Virus record (IMG/VR): IMGVR_UViG_3300045999_002371 | Location: 12,312 to 76,311 of that record | From: a virus | DNA: 64,000 nucleotides | Strand: one strand, 5' to 3' | Part shown: one piece after another, positions 16,533-26,450 of the stretch | Numbering within the stretch: the stretch's first letter is position 1 | Layout: each line of letters starts with the position of its first letter | Position numbers and translations under genes: made by a program | Notes under the pieces: generated by a model | Told to the model about the DNA's origin: nothing | Databases searched by the model: none | Seen by the model: only the letters and a program-made list of their open reading frames with translations

Positions 16533-18517
16533 TTGTTTACTATCTTTACATCTGCAATAAGAGGAACTGTAATCTCTGGTAGGTGGATACCTTCCATCGA
16601 CACACGGATTGCTTCGGCTGTCTCTTCTGCTAGATCTTCACGAGCAACGGTAACCAATTCATCGTGGATAGTCAAAACGACATTCACATCTGGTTCATCA
16701 GTAAAACAAGAATGTGCTCTAACAATCGCTAATTTCATTAAATCTGCAGCAGATCCTTGAATTACTGTATTAAATGCCTGACGATCTGCTCGTGACTTTA
16801 GTCCTCTGTCTTGGCTCTTTAACTCTGGGATGTAACGACGACGGCCAAAGATAGTTTCGACGTATGGTATAGGAGACTTTCCAGTTGCCTGTCGAATTAC
16901 TTTTGCTTTGTACTTAGAGATGTCATGGAACTGTGCCTCAAATCTAGTCAATAAATCCTTAGCATCTGTAACAGAACAACCAATGCTCTGTGCAATCTTC
17001 TCTGGTCCAACACCGTAAGCAATCGATAGAACCAATACCTTTCCAGCCTTACGATCTACACCCATAGTGTCACCAATAGTTGTGTAGATGTCTCCACCAG
17101 ACCTGTAGTTCTCTACCATAATTGGATCACCTGAGAAGGCTGCAATAATGCGTGGCTCAATCTGTGAGTAGTCAGCAACAATTAGTTTGTGTCCAGGTGG
17201 TGCGATAAACAGATTGCGAATTAGTTTTCCGTACTCTCCGCTACTAGGGATGTTCTGTAGGTTAGGGTCACTACTGGAGAAACGCCCTGTCTCTGCTCCA
17301 TGCGCTTTAAAGTTTGTGTGTACCTTGCCATTAATCATGAGGCTCTTCTTGTCCACAATCTTCTCTTTACCCATAGTGGTGCGAGTAATTTCTCCACCTA
17401 GGTACGGCATAACATAAGTTGTCATCAACTTGTTAAGATCTTGATACTCAAGGATTGCATCTACGAGTTCATCCTTCTTGCGGTAGAACTCCAGTGCATC
17501 AGAAGACACTGAGTAGTGACGGATGTTTAATGCTTCTGGGTTACTTGCAGCAACCTCTTGACCCTTTGTAGTGAGTGCAATACGGATACGCAGGTTAGGA
17601 CGAATACCTCTACCACCTTCTTCTTTAGGTGAGAACAGTAACTCTTGCTTTTCTTTTACTGAGTTCATGGAGAAAGGTTTTCCTGTTAACTTCCACGCCT
17701 TTGCTCGTGCAAGATCGATGTCTTTCTCAAGACGTGCCTTCAGCAAAGTAAGTTCTTTAACATCGATGTTGGCCCCTGATAGTTCCATATCGCATAGGGC
17801 TGCAACTACATCCATCTCTAATGCCCATACACGCTTAAGACTTCCTTCTAACTTAGGCTCTAGCGCCTTGTACAACTTCCACGTTACCTCTGAATCAAAC
17901 CCTGAGTAGTAAGCAACATCGCTGAAGGAGTGAACCTCAACCATTGCTCCAATACCTTTTTCAACTTTGATCTTGAGTGTTCGCTCTGCACAAGCAGCAA
18001 GTCCTAGCATGTTCTTGTTTCGATTATCAATAATGAATGAAGCCATCATCGTGTCAAAGAATGGTTTCTTAGGAACTTCTCCACGGAAATACTTTGCGAT
18101 TGATTTTAAATCAAACTTAACATTGTGACCGATCTTTAACTTATCGCTAAAGAACAGTGGCTTCAAGGCTTTGAATACATCTCCTGGAAGAAGTTGTGCT
18201 GGTGGTGCATCAAATACTGGAGTCCACTTGGCTTCGTTCTTTGAGTAGTCTGCATCCTTCAACTCTTTACCTGCAGCAAGTTTGCGTTGACCACTAAGCA
18301 GTAACTCTTTATCCCATCGAAGGAACTCACCGTTAGGGTGACCCATCGGTATAACATCAGTGCGACCTTCTGTCGCTAAGGAAAGCCACATAACATCGTT
18401 GACTACAGGCTGGATTCTATTCTCGCCAACTGTTTCAACGTCGAATGCAAAGGCATCTACCTTGGAGTAAAACTCAACAAGATCTTTTAGTTGTTCTTTT
18501 GTTGTAATGATATTCAT
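16514..18517 (-). CDS. polA: family A DNA polymerase (3'-5' exonuclease + polymerase)
   Basis: AFDVET, GHNVKFD, ETGRFSSSDPNLQNIP, ADYSQIEPR, YG, QGSAAD, IHDEL. Confidence 0.95.
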   Translation of the reverse strand: MNIITTKEQLKDLVEFYSKVDAFAFDVETVGENRIQPVVNDVMWLSLATEGRTDVIPMGHPNGEFLRWDKELLLSGQRKLAAGKELKDADYSKNEAKWTPVFDAPPAQLLPGDVFKALKPLFFSDKLKIGHNVKFDLKSIAKYFRGEVPKKPFFDTMMASFIIDNRNKNMLGLAACAERTLKIKVEKGIGAMVEVHSFSDVAYYSGFDSEVTWKLYKALEPKLEGSLKRVWALEMDVVAALCDMELSGANIDVKELTLLKARLEKDIDLARAKAWKLTGKPFSMNSVKEKQELLFSPKEEGGRGIRPNLRIRIALTTKGQEVAASNPEALNIRHYSVSSDALEFYRKKDELVDAILEYQDLNKLMTTYVMPYLGGEITRTTMGKEKIVDKKSLMINGKVHTNFKAHGAETGRFSSSDPNLQNIPSSGEYGKLIRNLFIAPPGHKLIVADYSQIEPRIIAAFSGDPIMVENYRSGGDIYTTIGDTMGVDRKAGKVLVLSIAYGVGPEKIAQSIGCSVTDAKDLLTRFEAQFHDISKYKAKVIRQATGKSPIPYVETIFGRRRYIPELKSQDRGLKSRADRQAFNTVIQGSAADLMKLAIVRAHSCFTDEPDVNVVLTIHDELVTVAREDLAEETAEAIRVSMEGIHLPEITVPLIADVKIVNKWGEAK

Positions 18518-18537
18518 GATCCCTCAATCTTTATAGT

Positions 18538-18577
18538 GAGAAGGGGCCTGGAAACGGAAGTAAACAGACCCCTTCTC
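18538..18577 (-). other. 13-bp RNA hairpin with pyrimidine-rich loop after ssb
   Basis: GAGAAGGGGUCUG-UUUACUUCCGUUUC-CAGGCCCCUUCUC; G-U wobble works only on the minus strand; no U tract. Confidence 0.6.
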
Positions 18578-18589
18578 TTGGAAGTACAG

Positions 18590-19237
18590 TTACGCTACAG
18601 AGCGAGCAACCTCAAGCATTTCGGAGCGAGGGGTCTCCCTAATTACTTCTGCTGTGAACGGAACAGCGGCTGCTACAAGTTCATTGACAGCGTCACTGCT
18701 TAACTTCCATTCCTCTGCTAGATCTCGGCCACGAACGAAGTTGAGGGTGTACTGCGTAGTTGGGCCCATACCTAGTCGAGAAATTTCCCAGAACTCTTTG
18801 TCAAGAGGTCCCTTACGTTCATCATCATGCGCCTTCTTAATCTGGCGAGCAAGTGATGGTGGTGCTGTAAGAATTTGAACGCCCTGTGTCTCACCACTGA
18901 GAACAAGGACATTGAATGCGAACTTTCCACGAGGCTTATCGCCTAGTACATCGCATAGTGGGCAGTTGTCGCCCAAGCAAACAAAGGACTTCTTACCCTT
19001 AGGGCGTTCAATCCAGTGTTGTTCGTATGAAGCAAATGGGCGATCTTCGAGGAACTTTACAAGTTGTGGTTCTTCGGAGAAACGGAAGTCAGTTGGAAAA
19101 TCTCCATCTGTCTTTGTGACGAGAGCATCGATTGCATCCCATCCCTGTTGTACGGTTGTTCCTACTTTAGGAACTGCAGTTTCGCTATCCTCGTCGAGGT
19201 ATGCGTCTGCGTCTACCTGTGGCTTTGTAATTGGCAT
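18590..19237 (-). CDS. single-stranded DNA-binding protein (T4 gp32-like)
   Basis: VKFL..PF..Y.QHW, SFVCL..CPLC zinc site, SR.G.G..TQY; located next to the polymerase. Confidence 0.7.
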   Translation of the reverse strand: MPITKPQVDADAYLDEDSETAVPKVGTTVQQGWDAIDALVTKTDGDFPTDFRFSEEPQLVKFLEDRPFASYEQHWIERPKGKKSFVCLGDNCPLCDVLGDKPRGKFAFNVLVLSGETQGVQILTAPPSLARQIKKAHDDERKGPLDKEFWEISRLGMGPTTQYTLNFVRGRDLAEEWKLSSDAVNELVAAAVPFTAEVIRETPRSEMLEVARSVA

Positions 19238-19295
19238 GTGTTTCTTTCTGGTAATGAGGCACTAGCGACGTCTGTGTTATTGCACAGATTCTCAA

Positions 19296-19775
19296 TCACT
19301 TTTGGCTCTCGGTGGATGTGATGTCCTTCCAGCGCTTTACTAAAGCCTCTGTCAGGTCTTCGTGTTGGCTCCACTCTACACGAGCAGAACCTAGTAACCC
19401 TCTACGATTGAACTCATCAATCGAAGATTCTATTAGTGCACGAGTATAAACTCGGTTGCCTCCAGTCTTCTCACCTTTGAGTGTCTTAGACCGAAGACGG
19501 TATGGAGCACGAGGAATGTATCCCTTGCGTTCCCATAAGCGGATAGTGACAATAGTCTTTTCCAATGCAAGTGCTAACGCACCGATTGTAAACACCTCTG
19601 TCTCTACTCCACCTAACGTTTTAATGACTGGGTTTGCATCCCAACCATTACTCTCACCGCTTTTACGACGAGAAACTTTTGGATCTAGATCACGGCGTTT
19701 CTTCTTTGAGCCAGGGACGTATTCAAGGTCAGCAAATGCTGCCTCGATCTCATCTTGTCCTCGTAGTCCTGCCAT
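19296..19775 (-). CDS. MerR-type helix-turn-helix DNA-binding protein
   Basis: FTIGALA..L......TIRLWERKGYIP...RVYT. Confidence 0.75.
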   Translation of the reverse strand: MAGLRGQDEIEAAFADLEYVPGSKKKRRDLDPKVSRRKSGESNGWDANPVIKTLGGVETEVFTIGALALALEKTIVTIRLWERKGYIPRAPYRLRSKTLKGEKTGGNRVYTRALIESSIDEFNRRGLLGSARVEWSQHEDLTEALVKRWKDITSTESQK

Positions 19776-19778
19776 GTC

Positions 19779-20213
19779 TTATCGCTTATTCATCACTAAC
19801 GCCCACACAATCTTCTGTGGATACATTAGATCAATCTCTGCTTCTGTAAGTTCGTCATTGTAAAGAGCAGCCATTAGCGCATCTTCATCTACAACACGGA
19901 TGGTCTTGTACAGTTGTTCTTCCATTCCTTTTTCAATAATGATTTCATCTGCCACAAGTTCATCGATCTTACGTGATACACGACGCTGTTTTACAACAGC
20001 GCCAAATCCATTAACCTCTTCAGGTAATTCAATGATGACGTTTCCCTTGTCGTCTACTTCACCCAGTTCATCTAACTGAGTAAACAAACGCTCACGGACT
20101 TCCTTCTGTTGTTTCTCAAGGAATTCAATTTGTTGTTTTAAGAAGGAGTATTCTCTCGCATCTTTAATAAGCGGATCTTCTTCTCTTGCTTCTGTTGCTT
20201 TTACTCTTGCCAT
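19779..20213 (-). CDS. hypothetical coiled-coil protein
   Basis: 144-aa ORF with N-terminal coiled coil, VDEDAL motif. Confidence 0.6.
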   Translation of the reverse strand: MARVKATEAREEDPLIKDAREYSFLKQQIEFLEKQQKEVRERLFTQLDELGEVDDKGNVIIELPEEVNGFGAVVKQRRVSRKIDELVADEIIIEKGMEEQLYKTIRVVDEDALMAALYNDELTEAEIDLMYPQKIVWALVMNKR

Positions 20214-20221
20214 GTTTCCCC

Positions 20222-21778
20222 CTATGGTCTTGCTTTCTGTAAGAACCCTATCAAACTTCCAACGGTAAGGTCGACGCCACCTTTTGCGTTAATGCCCTGA
20301 CCATCGATAACCGCATCGGCTACTGCGTTCTTCTGCTGGAGCATATCATGTTGTCGCTCTTCTATCGAATCGGCGATCAGCATGTCTTGAATAGTGATAC
20401 TAGGCCAACGGCTAGAGGCTCTCTTGATTCGACCATTGCGTTGGACGGCAAGTCCTGCACTCCATGGTAGATCGTAGTTGACCAGTAGGTTAGCGATGGG
20501 CAAATCTACACCATACCCACCAGCATCTGAGGATATAAACACACGACACTCTGGGTCTGTCAGGAACTTGGTCTTGCTTGCTTCTTTCTCTTTGGCATTC
20601 ATGTAGCCCGTGTACAGAGTTCCACCAACTGCCTCTTGAATACTCTCTAGCATTCCTACCCACGAAGTGAAGATAACTACCTTTGCCTCTGGGTCAGTAT
20701 CTAGGTGATCGTTTACATAAGTCTTTAGCGCATCTAACTTAGGGGTCTTTGTTACTCCTTCTAACAAACCTCTAGTCTTGAGACTGTTGACGTATGCACT
20801 GCCTTCTCCAAGATGCTCATCAAATTTATCTGCGCTCTTGTGTAAGAGGTTTGGATCATCACACAGCATACGAAGAGCAGTTATCTTAGACATAATTGAT
20901 CCACGCAACTGATCTACAGGACTGCCAGGTTTGCTGTCATGTCCGTAGTGAGCAAGCAGTGAGAAGTTAGCACCAAGTAACTGCTGTGCTTCAAATAGTT
21001 CGTTACTTAGTTCATCCGCGATGAAGTTATAGAGCGAAGAAGTCTTCTTATCAAGGGAGATAAACATAGGGTCACGATGAATAGTGTCTGGAAGATATGG
21101 AGCAACGTCTGCATCTGTCTGAACCTTTCGAACGGAGGAACTCTTCATCTTTTCATGGAACAATGGAAGGTTGCGATAGCGTTGCACTCCACCAAAGTGA
21201 TTGCGAACAATAAATGTCTGATCAAACAAATCAAATCTACCTAGAAGAGTTGAGTCTACAAACTGCATGATGCTGTAGACCTCTTCGGGTCTGCCATTCT
21301 CAATAGGTGTTCCCGTTAATGCAAACCTGATCGGTACACTGGCAGATAGTTTCTTGACAGCCTTTGACCTCTTTGACTTAAAGCCTTTGATTGCTGTGGC
21401 TTCATCACAGACGATGGCTCCCCACTCCTGATCCTTGATCAGATCCCAATCTCCTACGACAGTCTCGTAGTTGCAGATGACATAATCTGTACGCTCTTCC
21501 CATCGCTTTGCACGGACTGGCTTAGAGCCATCGATCACGGTGGTGGTGGAGTCAGAGAACTTCTGTATCTCTTTCTGCCACTGATACTTCAGACTTGATA
21601 GGGCTATGACTAATACTGGCTTTGTAATTACACCGTTGTCTTTTAACTCCTCAACCGATGCGATAGTCATGCAGGTCTTACCTAGACCCATCTCATAGGC
21701 AACAAGCATCTTCTTGCGCTCTACCATACGAGTTACAGCCTCTACCTGGTAGGGCTTGAGTGTGCCTGTAAACGTCAT
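20222..21778 (-). CDS. SNF2-family (SF2) helicase
   Basis: LKPYQ, EMGLGKT, CDEA, LTGTPIEN, GGYGVDL, YDLPW, QRNGRIKR. Confidence 0.92.
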   Translation of the reverse strand: MTFTGTLKPYQVEAVTRMVERKKMLVAYEMGLGKTCMTIASVEELKDNGVITKPVLVIALSSLKYQWQKEIQKFSDSTTTVIDGSKPVRAKRWEERTDYVICNYETVVGDWDLIKDQEWGAIVCDEATAIKGFKSKRSKAVKKLSASVPIRFALTGTPIENGRPEEVYSIMQFVDSTLLGRFDLFDQTFIVRNHFGGVQRYRNLPLFHEKMKSSSVRKVQTDADVAPYLPDTIHRDPMFISLDKKTSSLYNFIADELSNELFEAQQLLGANFSLLAHYGHDSKPGSPVDQLRGSIMSKITALRMLCDDPNLLHKSADKFDEHLGEGSAYVNSLKTRGLLEGVTKTPKLDALKTYVNDHLDTDPEAKVVIFTSWVGMLESIQEAVGGTLYTGYMNAKEKEASKTKFLTDPECRVFISSDAGGYGVDLPIANLLVNYDLPWSAGLAVQRNGRIKRASSRWPSITIQDMLIADSIEERQHDMLQQKNAVADAVIDGQGINAKGGVDLTVGSLIGFLQKARP

Positions 21779-21948
21779 TGGTTATCTATGGGGGTAGGTG
21801 CGGTTGCTAGAGTTCCGCATAGGGCGCATTCCATATCTAGCATGTACAGAGAAATTTCTCCGTCCTCAAACATCGCTTGTACATTCCATAGCATTGATCC
21901 GCATACGCAAATATGTAAGGGGCGGTCTTTATCTCGCAAGTCCATCAT
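21775..21948 (-). CDS. small zinc-ribbon protein (not in ORF track)
   Basis: Hand translation MMDLRDKDRPLHICVCGSMLWNV...MECALCGTLATAPTPIDNQ (57 aa); ATGA overlaps with both neighbours. Confidence 0.8.
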   Translation of the reverse strand: MMDLRDKDRPLHICVCGSMLWNVQAMFEDGEISLYMLDMECALCGTLATAPTPIDNQ

Positions 21949-22910
21949 AAGTACGCCGCCTTGCCGTAGATCATGTCTCGTGCTGACTCGATGCTCTTAT
22001 GTATGTCACTCTCAATCATGTCACCGACATCTTTTACATCGATGCCTGTGTAGTTAAAGTAAGAAAGTTCAATACCGTACTTACGAGCATGAGCACGCAT
22101 CTCTTCTGATGCCTTCTGTCCAGCGCCATCGTTATCGAATGCGGCGATCACCCTTGGTGCACGGCGCATTATCTTTACCTGCTCAACGCTAGGCATCGCT
22201 CCATACGTAGATATTGCACTGTAACCAAGTCCGACTAGTCTGACCGCATCGAGTGGGGACTCCACAACAAGTAGTGGCGCATCTTCTCTCAGTATCTGCA
22301 CATTGAAAACTGTCTTTGACTTCTTAACTCCCTGCGGTTGATTGCGGAAGAAGCGACCACGAGCACCCTTCTCTTGCCAACCCCACAATGAAAAGTCATC
22401 GGGGTCTCTGATAGGGAGTATCCATGCAGCGTTCTTCTCATCCCACAACACTCCGCAAGTCTCTACGGCTTCTTGTGTTAGGAATCGTTTCTTTAATTCA
22501 ATTGCTGGTGGTGTTGTATACACAGCCAAACGAGCCTCTGACATTCCAATCGGATGTGCTTCGGCTTGAATGTACTCTGGCAATTCCTTGATGCGCCTCA
22601 TCAGTATGTCGATAGGCATATCTTCTTTGTCGTTTACATACTCACGGGCTTCGTGGTAATCAATACCTTTGATGTCTGCAACTAGTGTGTAGATGTTGCC
22701 CTTGTAACCGCAAGAGAAACAGATGTGTGCACCAGTCTCGGAGTTGATCCACCAAGAAGGGTTGTGATCTTCTTTACCTGTGCGCTTCTTGTGCATTGGG
22801 CACAAGCCATTGACCTCGATACCACGCTGTGCATACAGCGGGAGGTCTAGGGAAAGGAGAACACGCTCTACATCAATCACATGCGGTTCCAGTTCGAACA
22901 GTAAACACAC
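21945..22910 (-). CDS. dnaG: DNA primase (CHC2 zinc finger + TOPRIM)
   Basis: CPMH...CFSCGYKG, VVESPLDA, AFDNDGAG, KDVGD. Confidence 0.9.
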   Translation of the reverse strand: MCLLFELEPHVIDVERVLLSLDLPLYAQRGIEVNGLCPMHKKRTGKEDHNPSWWINSETGAHICFSCGYKGNIYTLVADIKGIDYHEAREYVNDKEDMPIDILMRRIKELPEYIQAEAHPIGMSEARLAVYTTPPAIELKKRFLTQEAVETCGVLWDEKNAAWILPIRDPDDFSLWGWQEKGARGRFFRNQPQGVKKSKTVFNVQILREDAPLLVVESPLDAVRLVGLGYSAISTYGAMPSVEQVKIMRRAPRVIAAFDNDGAGQKASEEMRAHARKYGIELSYFNYTGIDVKDVGDMIESDIHKSIESARDMIYGKAAYL

Positions 22911-24127
22911 TTTAACATCTCGTCCTCATCATGGAAGCAGCCAGTCTCCCAGCGCCATGTCAACGCTGTCTCGCTAGGTCCACAGTTACGAGATGCAACA
23001 ATCTTTAACAAACGAATCTCTTCATCTTCTTCTACTGGTTCAAGACCAAGGATTACATCTGAGTCTTGAAAGAATGAAGATGAGTAACCGATTGAATCGG
23101 CAGTAACTTTTCCAGCACGCATCTTCCACAACAGAGTCTGTGTAGTAATGATTACTGGCTTCTGAATTCTCTGGGCTAGACGCTTCAATCCACGAGTGAT
23201 GTTAGTGATTGCTTGTGGCGTATTCATCTCACCACTTACTTCGTCAAGCATCAAGTACACACCATCTACAAACACGATGTCTGGCTTTGTCTGTTCGATC
23301 TTTGCAGCAAGTGATGAGACTGTAATTCCGTTAACCGCATCTACCAAGTGGAAAGAGTGCTCCTTCTCCATCTCATTGAGTGTGTCAATGTATCGAGCCT
23401 CTTCTGCTGGCAATAACTTTCCACGACGCAAACGACCGTGTGAGATGTGGGCACGCATCGCATCATGACGTTGTTGTTGTTCGTGGTTGTTCATCTCAAA
23501 AGATTGGAACATAGGGATCTTCCCACCTCTGTGCACGTTGATCGCCATCTGTAATGCGATCTGTGACTTACCAGTTTTAGGTGGAGCGATGATAGTGATT
23601 AACTGACCAGACTGCAGTCCTGCAGTTGCTTCATCAATCTTTGCAAAGCCTGTAGGAATACCTAAGAAGGTTGAGTTCTGTAGAGACTGATACTCCTTAT
23701 AACGTTCTTCTGTGTTCTTTGTAAGGTCGATTTCGTGAGTTCCAAGGACACCTTGCTCATTAACCTTAGTGATCGTCGCTTCCATAGCAAGAAGAGCAGC
23801 ATCATGATCGTTGTCTTGTAGTTGCTCGATAGCATTCTCAAGACCTTGACGAGTAAGGAGTCGACGACGGAAGTCCACTATGGTGTCAAGTAAATACTCG
23901 ATGTTGTCTTGTACATCTAAGACTTTGTAATTTGGGTAATGATCTTTAACTGTTACAGCAGTAGGTACTTCGCTGTACTCGCCATAATGCTTACGTACAA
24001 AATCCCAAACTCTCTTGTTGTCATCATCTAAGAACCATGCATTGGTAACACCACGTTGTAGTGCTGGAACAATGTCTCGATCTCGAATGACCTTGCTGAC
24101 CAAGCGATGCTCATTGTCAGATGCCAT
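22877..24127 (-). CDS. dnaB: DnaB-like replicative helicase
   Basis: GIPTGF..ID..T.GLQ.GQL, APPKTGKS, SFEM, VFVDGVYLM, QDSD. Confidence 0.92.
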   Translation of the reverse strand: MASDNEHRLVSKVIRDRDIVPALQRGVTNAWFLDDDNKRVWDFVRKHYGEYSEVPTAVTVKDHYPNYKVLDVQDNIEYLLDTIVDFRRRLLTRQGLENAIEQLQDNDHDAALLAMEATITKVNEQGVLGTHEIDLTKNTEERYKEYQSLQNSTFLGIPTGFAKIDEATAGLQSGQLITIIAPPKTGKSQIALQMAINVHRGGKIPMFQSFEMNNHEQQQRHDAMRAHISHGRLRRGKLLPAEEARYIDTLNEMEKEHSFHLVDAVNGITVSSLAAKIEQTKPDIVFVDGVYLMLDEVSGEMNTPQAITNITRGLKRLAQRIQKPVIITTQTLLWKMRAGKVTADSIGYSSSFFQDSDVILGLEPVEEDEEIRLLKIVASRNCGPSETALTWRWETGCFHDEDEMLKCVYCSNWNRM

Positions 24128-24144
24128 TTAGTGCCCCCTCTTAC

Positions 24145-24708
24145 TTATTTTTCAAACGTCAAGTTTATTACACATCTATACAGGCTCTCTACAGGTGAGG
24201 AAGAGGCATGGTACTGAAGCCCATCAAATAGTATCCCAGTTCCCATTTTGGGAGAAATCCGTAACGCCTCATTCAAATCATCAACCTTAGGGATGACACC
24301 TTGCTGCCAAAACTTATCGAAGAAGACAGTATCACCATCTGAGTCATTAACGTAGTACAGAAAAACTAAGTGAGGAGCATCTCTGTCTATGTGAGGTAGG
24401 TGATGCTCGGAACTTAGTTGTCTAGTTAAGATGTTACTTTTTAAACGATAAAGTTCTTTGTTTTTTGCGTCTACACCGTGCTTATCAAAAAACTTTCCAG
24501 CAATACCCATTGTTTTTTTGAACATCGGATCTGATGGGGTAATGCTAGAAACAAACTGAAAACTATCAAACGAGGAGGGCAAGGCACCTCCGTCATTTCG
24601 AACAGTTGTAGTTGTTGGCATAAAAGACCAAGAAGATAGGGACAGTAAACTTTCTCTAAACTCTTCTTGTTCTTGGGTACTAATGAAGTCATTGTCAACG
24701 ATAAACAT
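24145..24708 (-). CDS. 2OG-Fe(II) oxygenase
   Basis: PHID...LYYVNDSDGDT, FDG..YHAS..P....R.VIN (HxD...H...R). Confidence 0.85.
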   Translation of the reverse strand: MFIVDNDFISTQEQEEFRESLLSLSSWSFMPTTTTVRNDGGALPSSFDSFQFVSSITPSDPMFKKTMGIAGKFFDKHGVDAKNKELYRLKSNILTRQLSSEHHLPHIDRDAPHLVFLYYVNDSDGDTVFFDKFWQQGVIPKVDDLNEALRISPKMGTGILFDGLQYHASSSPVESLYRCVINLTFEK

Positions 24709-24722
24709 CTGTGTTCACCCCC

Positions 24723-25139
24723 CTATAGATTCTTTAACTCTATACCTGCTGATCCATACCGTGCAACTCTTCCTGGAACGTCAATGACTCCACGCAAATT
24801 TGGACGGTAAGGAATTCCTGCAACTAACTCATCTGGGTTCTCGTAGAGTTGCCAGTAGTTAAATGGATTTACAACACGTTTTTCTAACTTGTCGAATGCC
24901 TTCTCAAGCAACTCCTCAGTCCAGCCCTGGTCTTCATAACCAGCCAACTCAAGAGAGATGCCGTAGTTGTTTGCAAGGTTCCACAACTTGTTGGCGTTCT
25001 GTAGGTCGACGTTACCAATCTTGTAATCAATCTTCTTTGACAAAAGTTTTCTGGTCTCTTCTTCAACCAACGTAATGACTACGTCAGTAAGGCACACAAC
25101 CTGTGGAGAGGAGACATTTGAAATGTCTCCGCCTTTCAT
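24723..25139 (-). CDS. conserved hypothetical phage protein
   Basis: 138-aa ORF starting MKGGDISN, ATGA-coupled. Confidence 0.7.
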   Translation of the reverse strand: MKGGDISNVSSPQVVCLTDVVITLVEEETRKLLSKKIDYKIGNVDLQNANKLWNLANNYGISLELAGYEDQGWTEELLEKAFDKLEKRVVNPFNYWQLYENPDELVAGIPYRPNLRGVIDVPGRVARYGSAGIELKNL

Positions 25140-25444
25140 ATGACCTCTACTTTAGCGTACTTGACCACGAAGTCACGAAACTTCTTCGGGTCATCGCTTG
25201 CCTCTACCGCTAAGTCCTCAGAAATCTCTGTAGGAACAAGAATTGAGTAGTGACCTTTGTTGTACCGCATCTTGTTCTGAACAAATAACACATGCTTACA
25301 TGAGGCTGTCTTACGCCATACAGGACAGTTGCATCGTGTCTTCTTTGATTCAGTATCGACTTCAACTTCAAAAATGCCAGCAGCCTGAGCAGAAATAAAC
25401 ACTTGAACGGTTCTCCATGGAGTTTCCATGCTCATACCTCTCAT
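25136..25444 (-). CDS. SWIM zinc-finger protein
   Basis: CNCP......CKH. Confidence 0.75.
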   Translation of the reverse strand: MRGMSMETPWRTVQVFISAQAAGIFEVEVDTESKKTRCNCPVWRKTASCKHVLFVQNKMRYNKGHYSILVPTEISEDLAVEASDDPKKFRDFVVKYAKVEVI

Positions 25445-26163
25445 TGTGCTGCTCGCAGGTCAGAACCAATGATAGGGACTCGGATAAATGCTTCGTGTGC
25501 GAAACTTGCCATCGCTTCCTTGTACTCCGTTTCCCAATCTTCTAGTCTAACATTTGTAGTTACGATTGTGGGCAGAGCCTTGTCGTATCTTAGTCTAAGG
25601 ATCTCATCAAATGAACTGTCATCATACTTAGACCCGTACTCTTTACCGAGATCATCGATCACAAGTATGCGAACATTAAGCCAGTCAAACTTCGAGCGTC
25701 CGTGAAAGCCGTCAAGTTCATAAACCATATTGCGCTTATCATCGTGATCCGCATCGAAGGTTGACTTTTTTCTGGACAAAAATTCTGGGTAGGTCATGTA
25801 GTAGATCGGCCTAGCGCTTAACCCGTAATCAGATGCGGTGAGTCCCAAGATCTTTGCAGCCTCTACGTCATCTTCTGGAAGTCTGCGAATAAACTCCATA
25901 GCCGCAACTACTGCGTGAGTCGTCTTACCAATTCCTGGACCGCCATCAAACAAGAGACCAACACCATTGATACCGATGTTGCCGATCTGCTTGATGACCT
26001 GACCACCGATCGCATCATCAATCCACGTTGCTACCTCGCTAGGAAACTCTCCAGCCCTATCGATGATGTCTTGTTGCTCAAGACCTAGGAAGCGACGTGG
26101 GATGTTAGAGGTTCTAAGAAGCCAGTGTTTCTTTAGTGCTGATAACTGATTGATGTCGTACAT
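25441..26163 (-). CDS. DnaC/IstB-like AAA+ ATPase (helicase loader)
   Basis: GLLFDGGPGIGKT, LVIDDLGKE, R.RYD..LPTIVTTN, G.DLR. Confidence 0.85.
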   Translation of the reverse strand: MYDINQLSALKKHWLLRTSNIPRRFLGLEQQDIIDRAGEFPSEVATWIDDAIGGQVIKQIGNIGINGVGLLFDGGPGIGKTTHAVVAAMEFIRRLPEDDVEAAKILGLTASDYGLSARPIYYMTYPEFLSRKKSTFDADHDDKRNMVYELDGFHGRSKFDWLNVRILVIDDLGKEYGSKYDDSSFDEILRLRYDKALPTIVTTNVRLEDWETEYKEAMASFAHEAFIRVPIIGSDLRAAQ

Positions 26164-26365
26164 ACCGCCCCCATTTAATCTTGTCCCAAATTCGTTCGTG
26201 CCAGTAGTAAATACCTACCTTAACAACTGTTTCCCAAAAAGCAATTAATGCTGAAAGAGTTCCTTCTCCAGTAATAACAAAAACCACAGCAAATGAGGAG
26301 AGTGTCCCAAAGACTCTGTAACTAATAGACTTGGTAAGAGACCTAGCCTTCGTTACCTTCATCAT
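26114..26365 (-). CDS. DUF2061-like small membrane protein
   Basis: RSL.KSISYR..GT, K..IYY.HERIW..I.WG; likely start at 26365 with GGAGG RBS. Confidence 0.8.
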   Translation of the reverse strand: MMKVTKARSLTKSISYRVFGTLSSFAVVFVITGEGTLSALIAFWETVVKVGIYYWHERIWDKIKWGRYVRHQSVISTKETLAS

Positions 26366-26450
26366 GTCCTCCCCATTTTTTATCAACAAAATAAACCATC
26401 ACATAAGCAATTACAAGAGAGGCAATAATAGCAAGTACTTCCTCTGACAT
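26343..26450 (-). CDS. 35-aa single-pass membrane peptide (not in ORF track)
   Basis: MSEEVLAIIASLVIAYVMVYFVDKKWGGHDEGNEG; starts directly after the cysC-like stop. Confidence 0.55.
   Translation of the reverse strand: MSEEVLAIIASLVIAYVMVYFVDKKWGGHDEGNEG

Noticed and set aside
18180-18340. Possible intein or intron in the DNA polymerase exonuclease domain
   Set aside because: The extra segment is only a few dozen residues, in frame, and lacks intein C/S...HN termini or homing endonuclease motifs.
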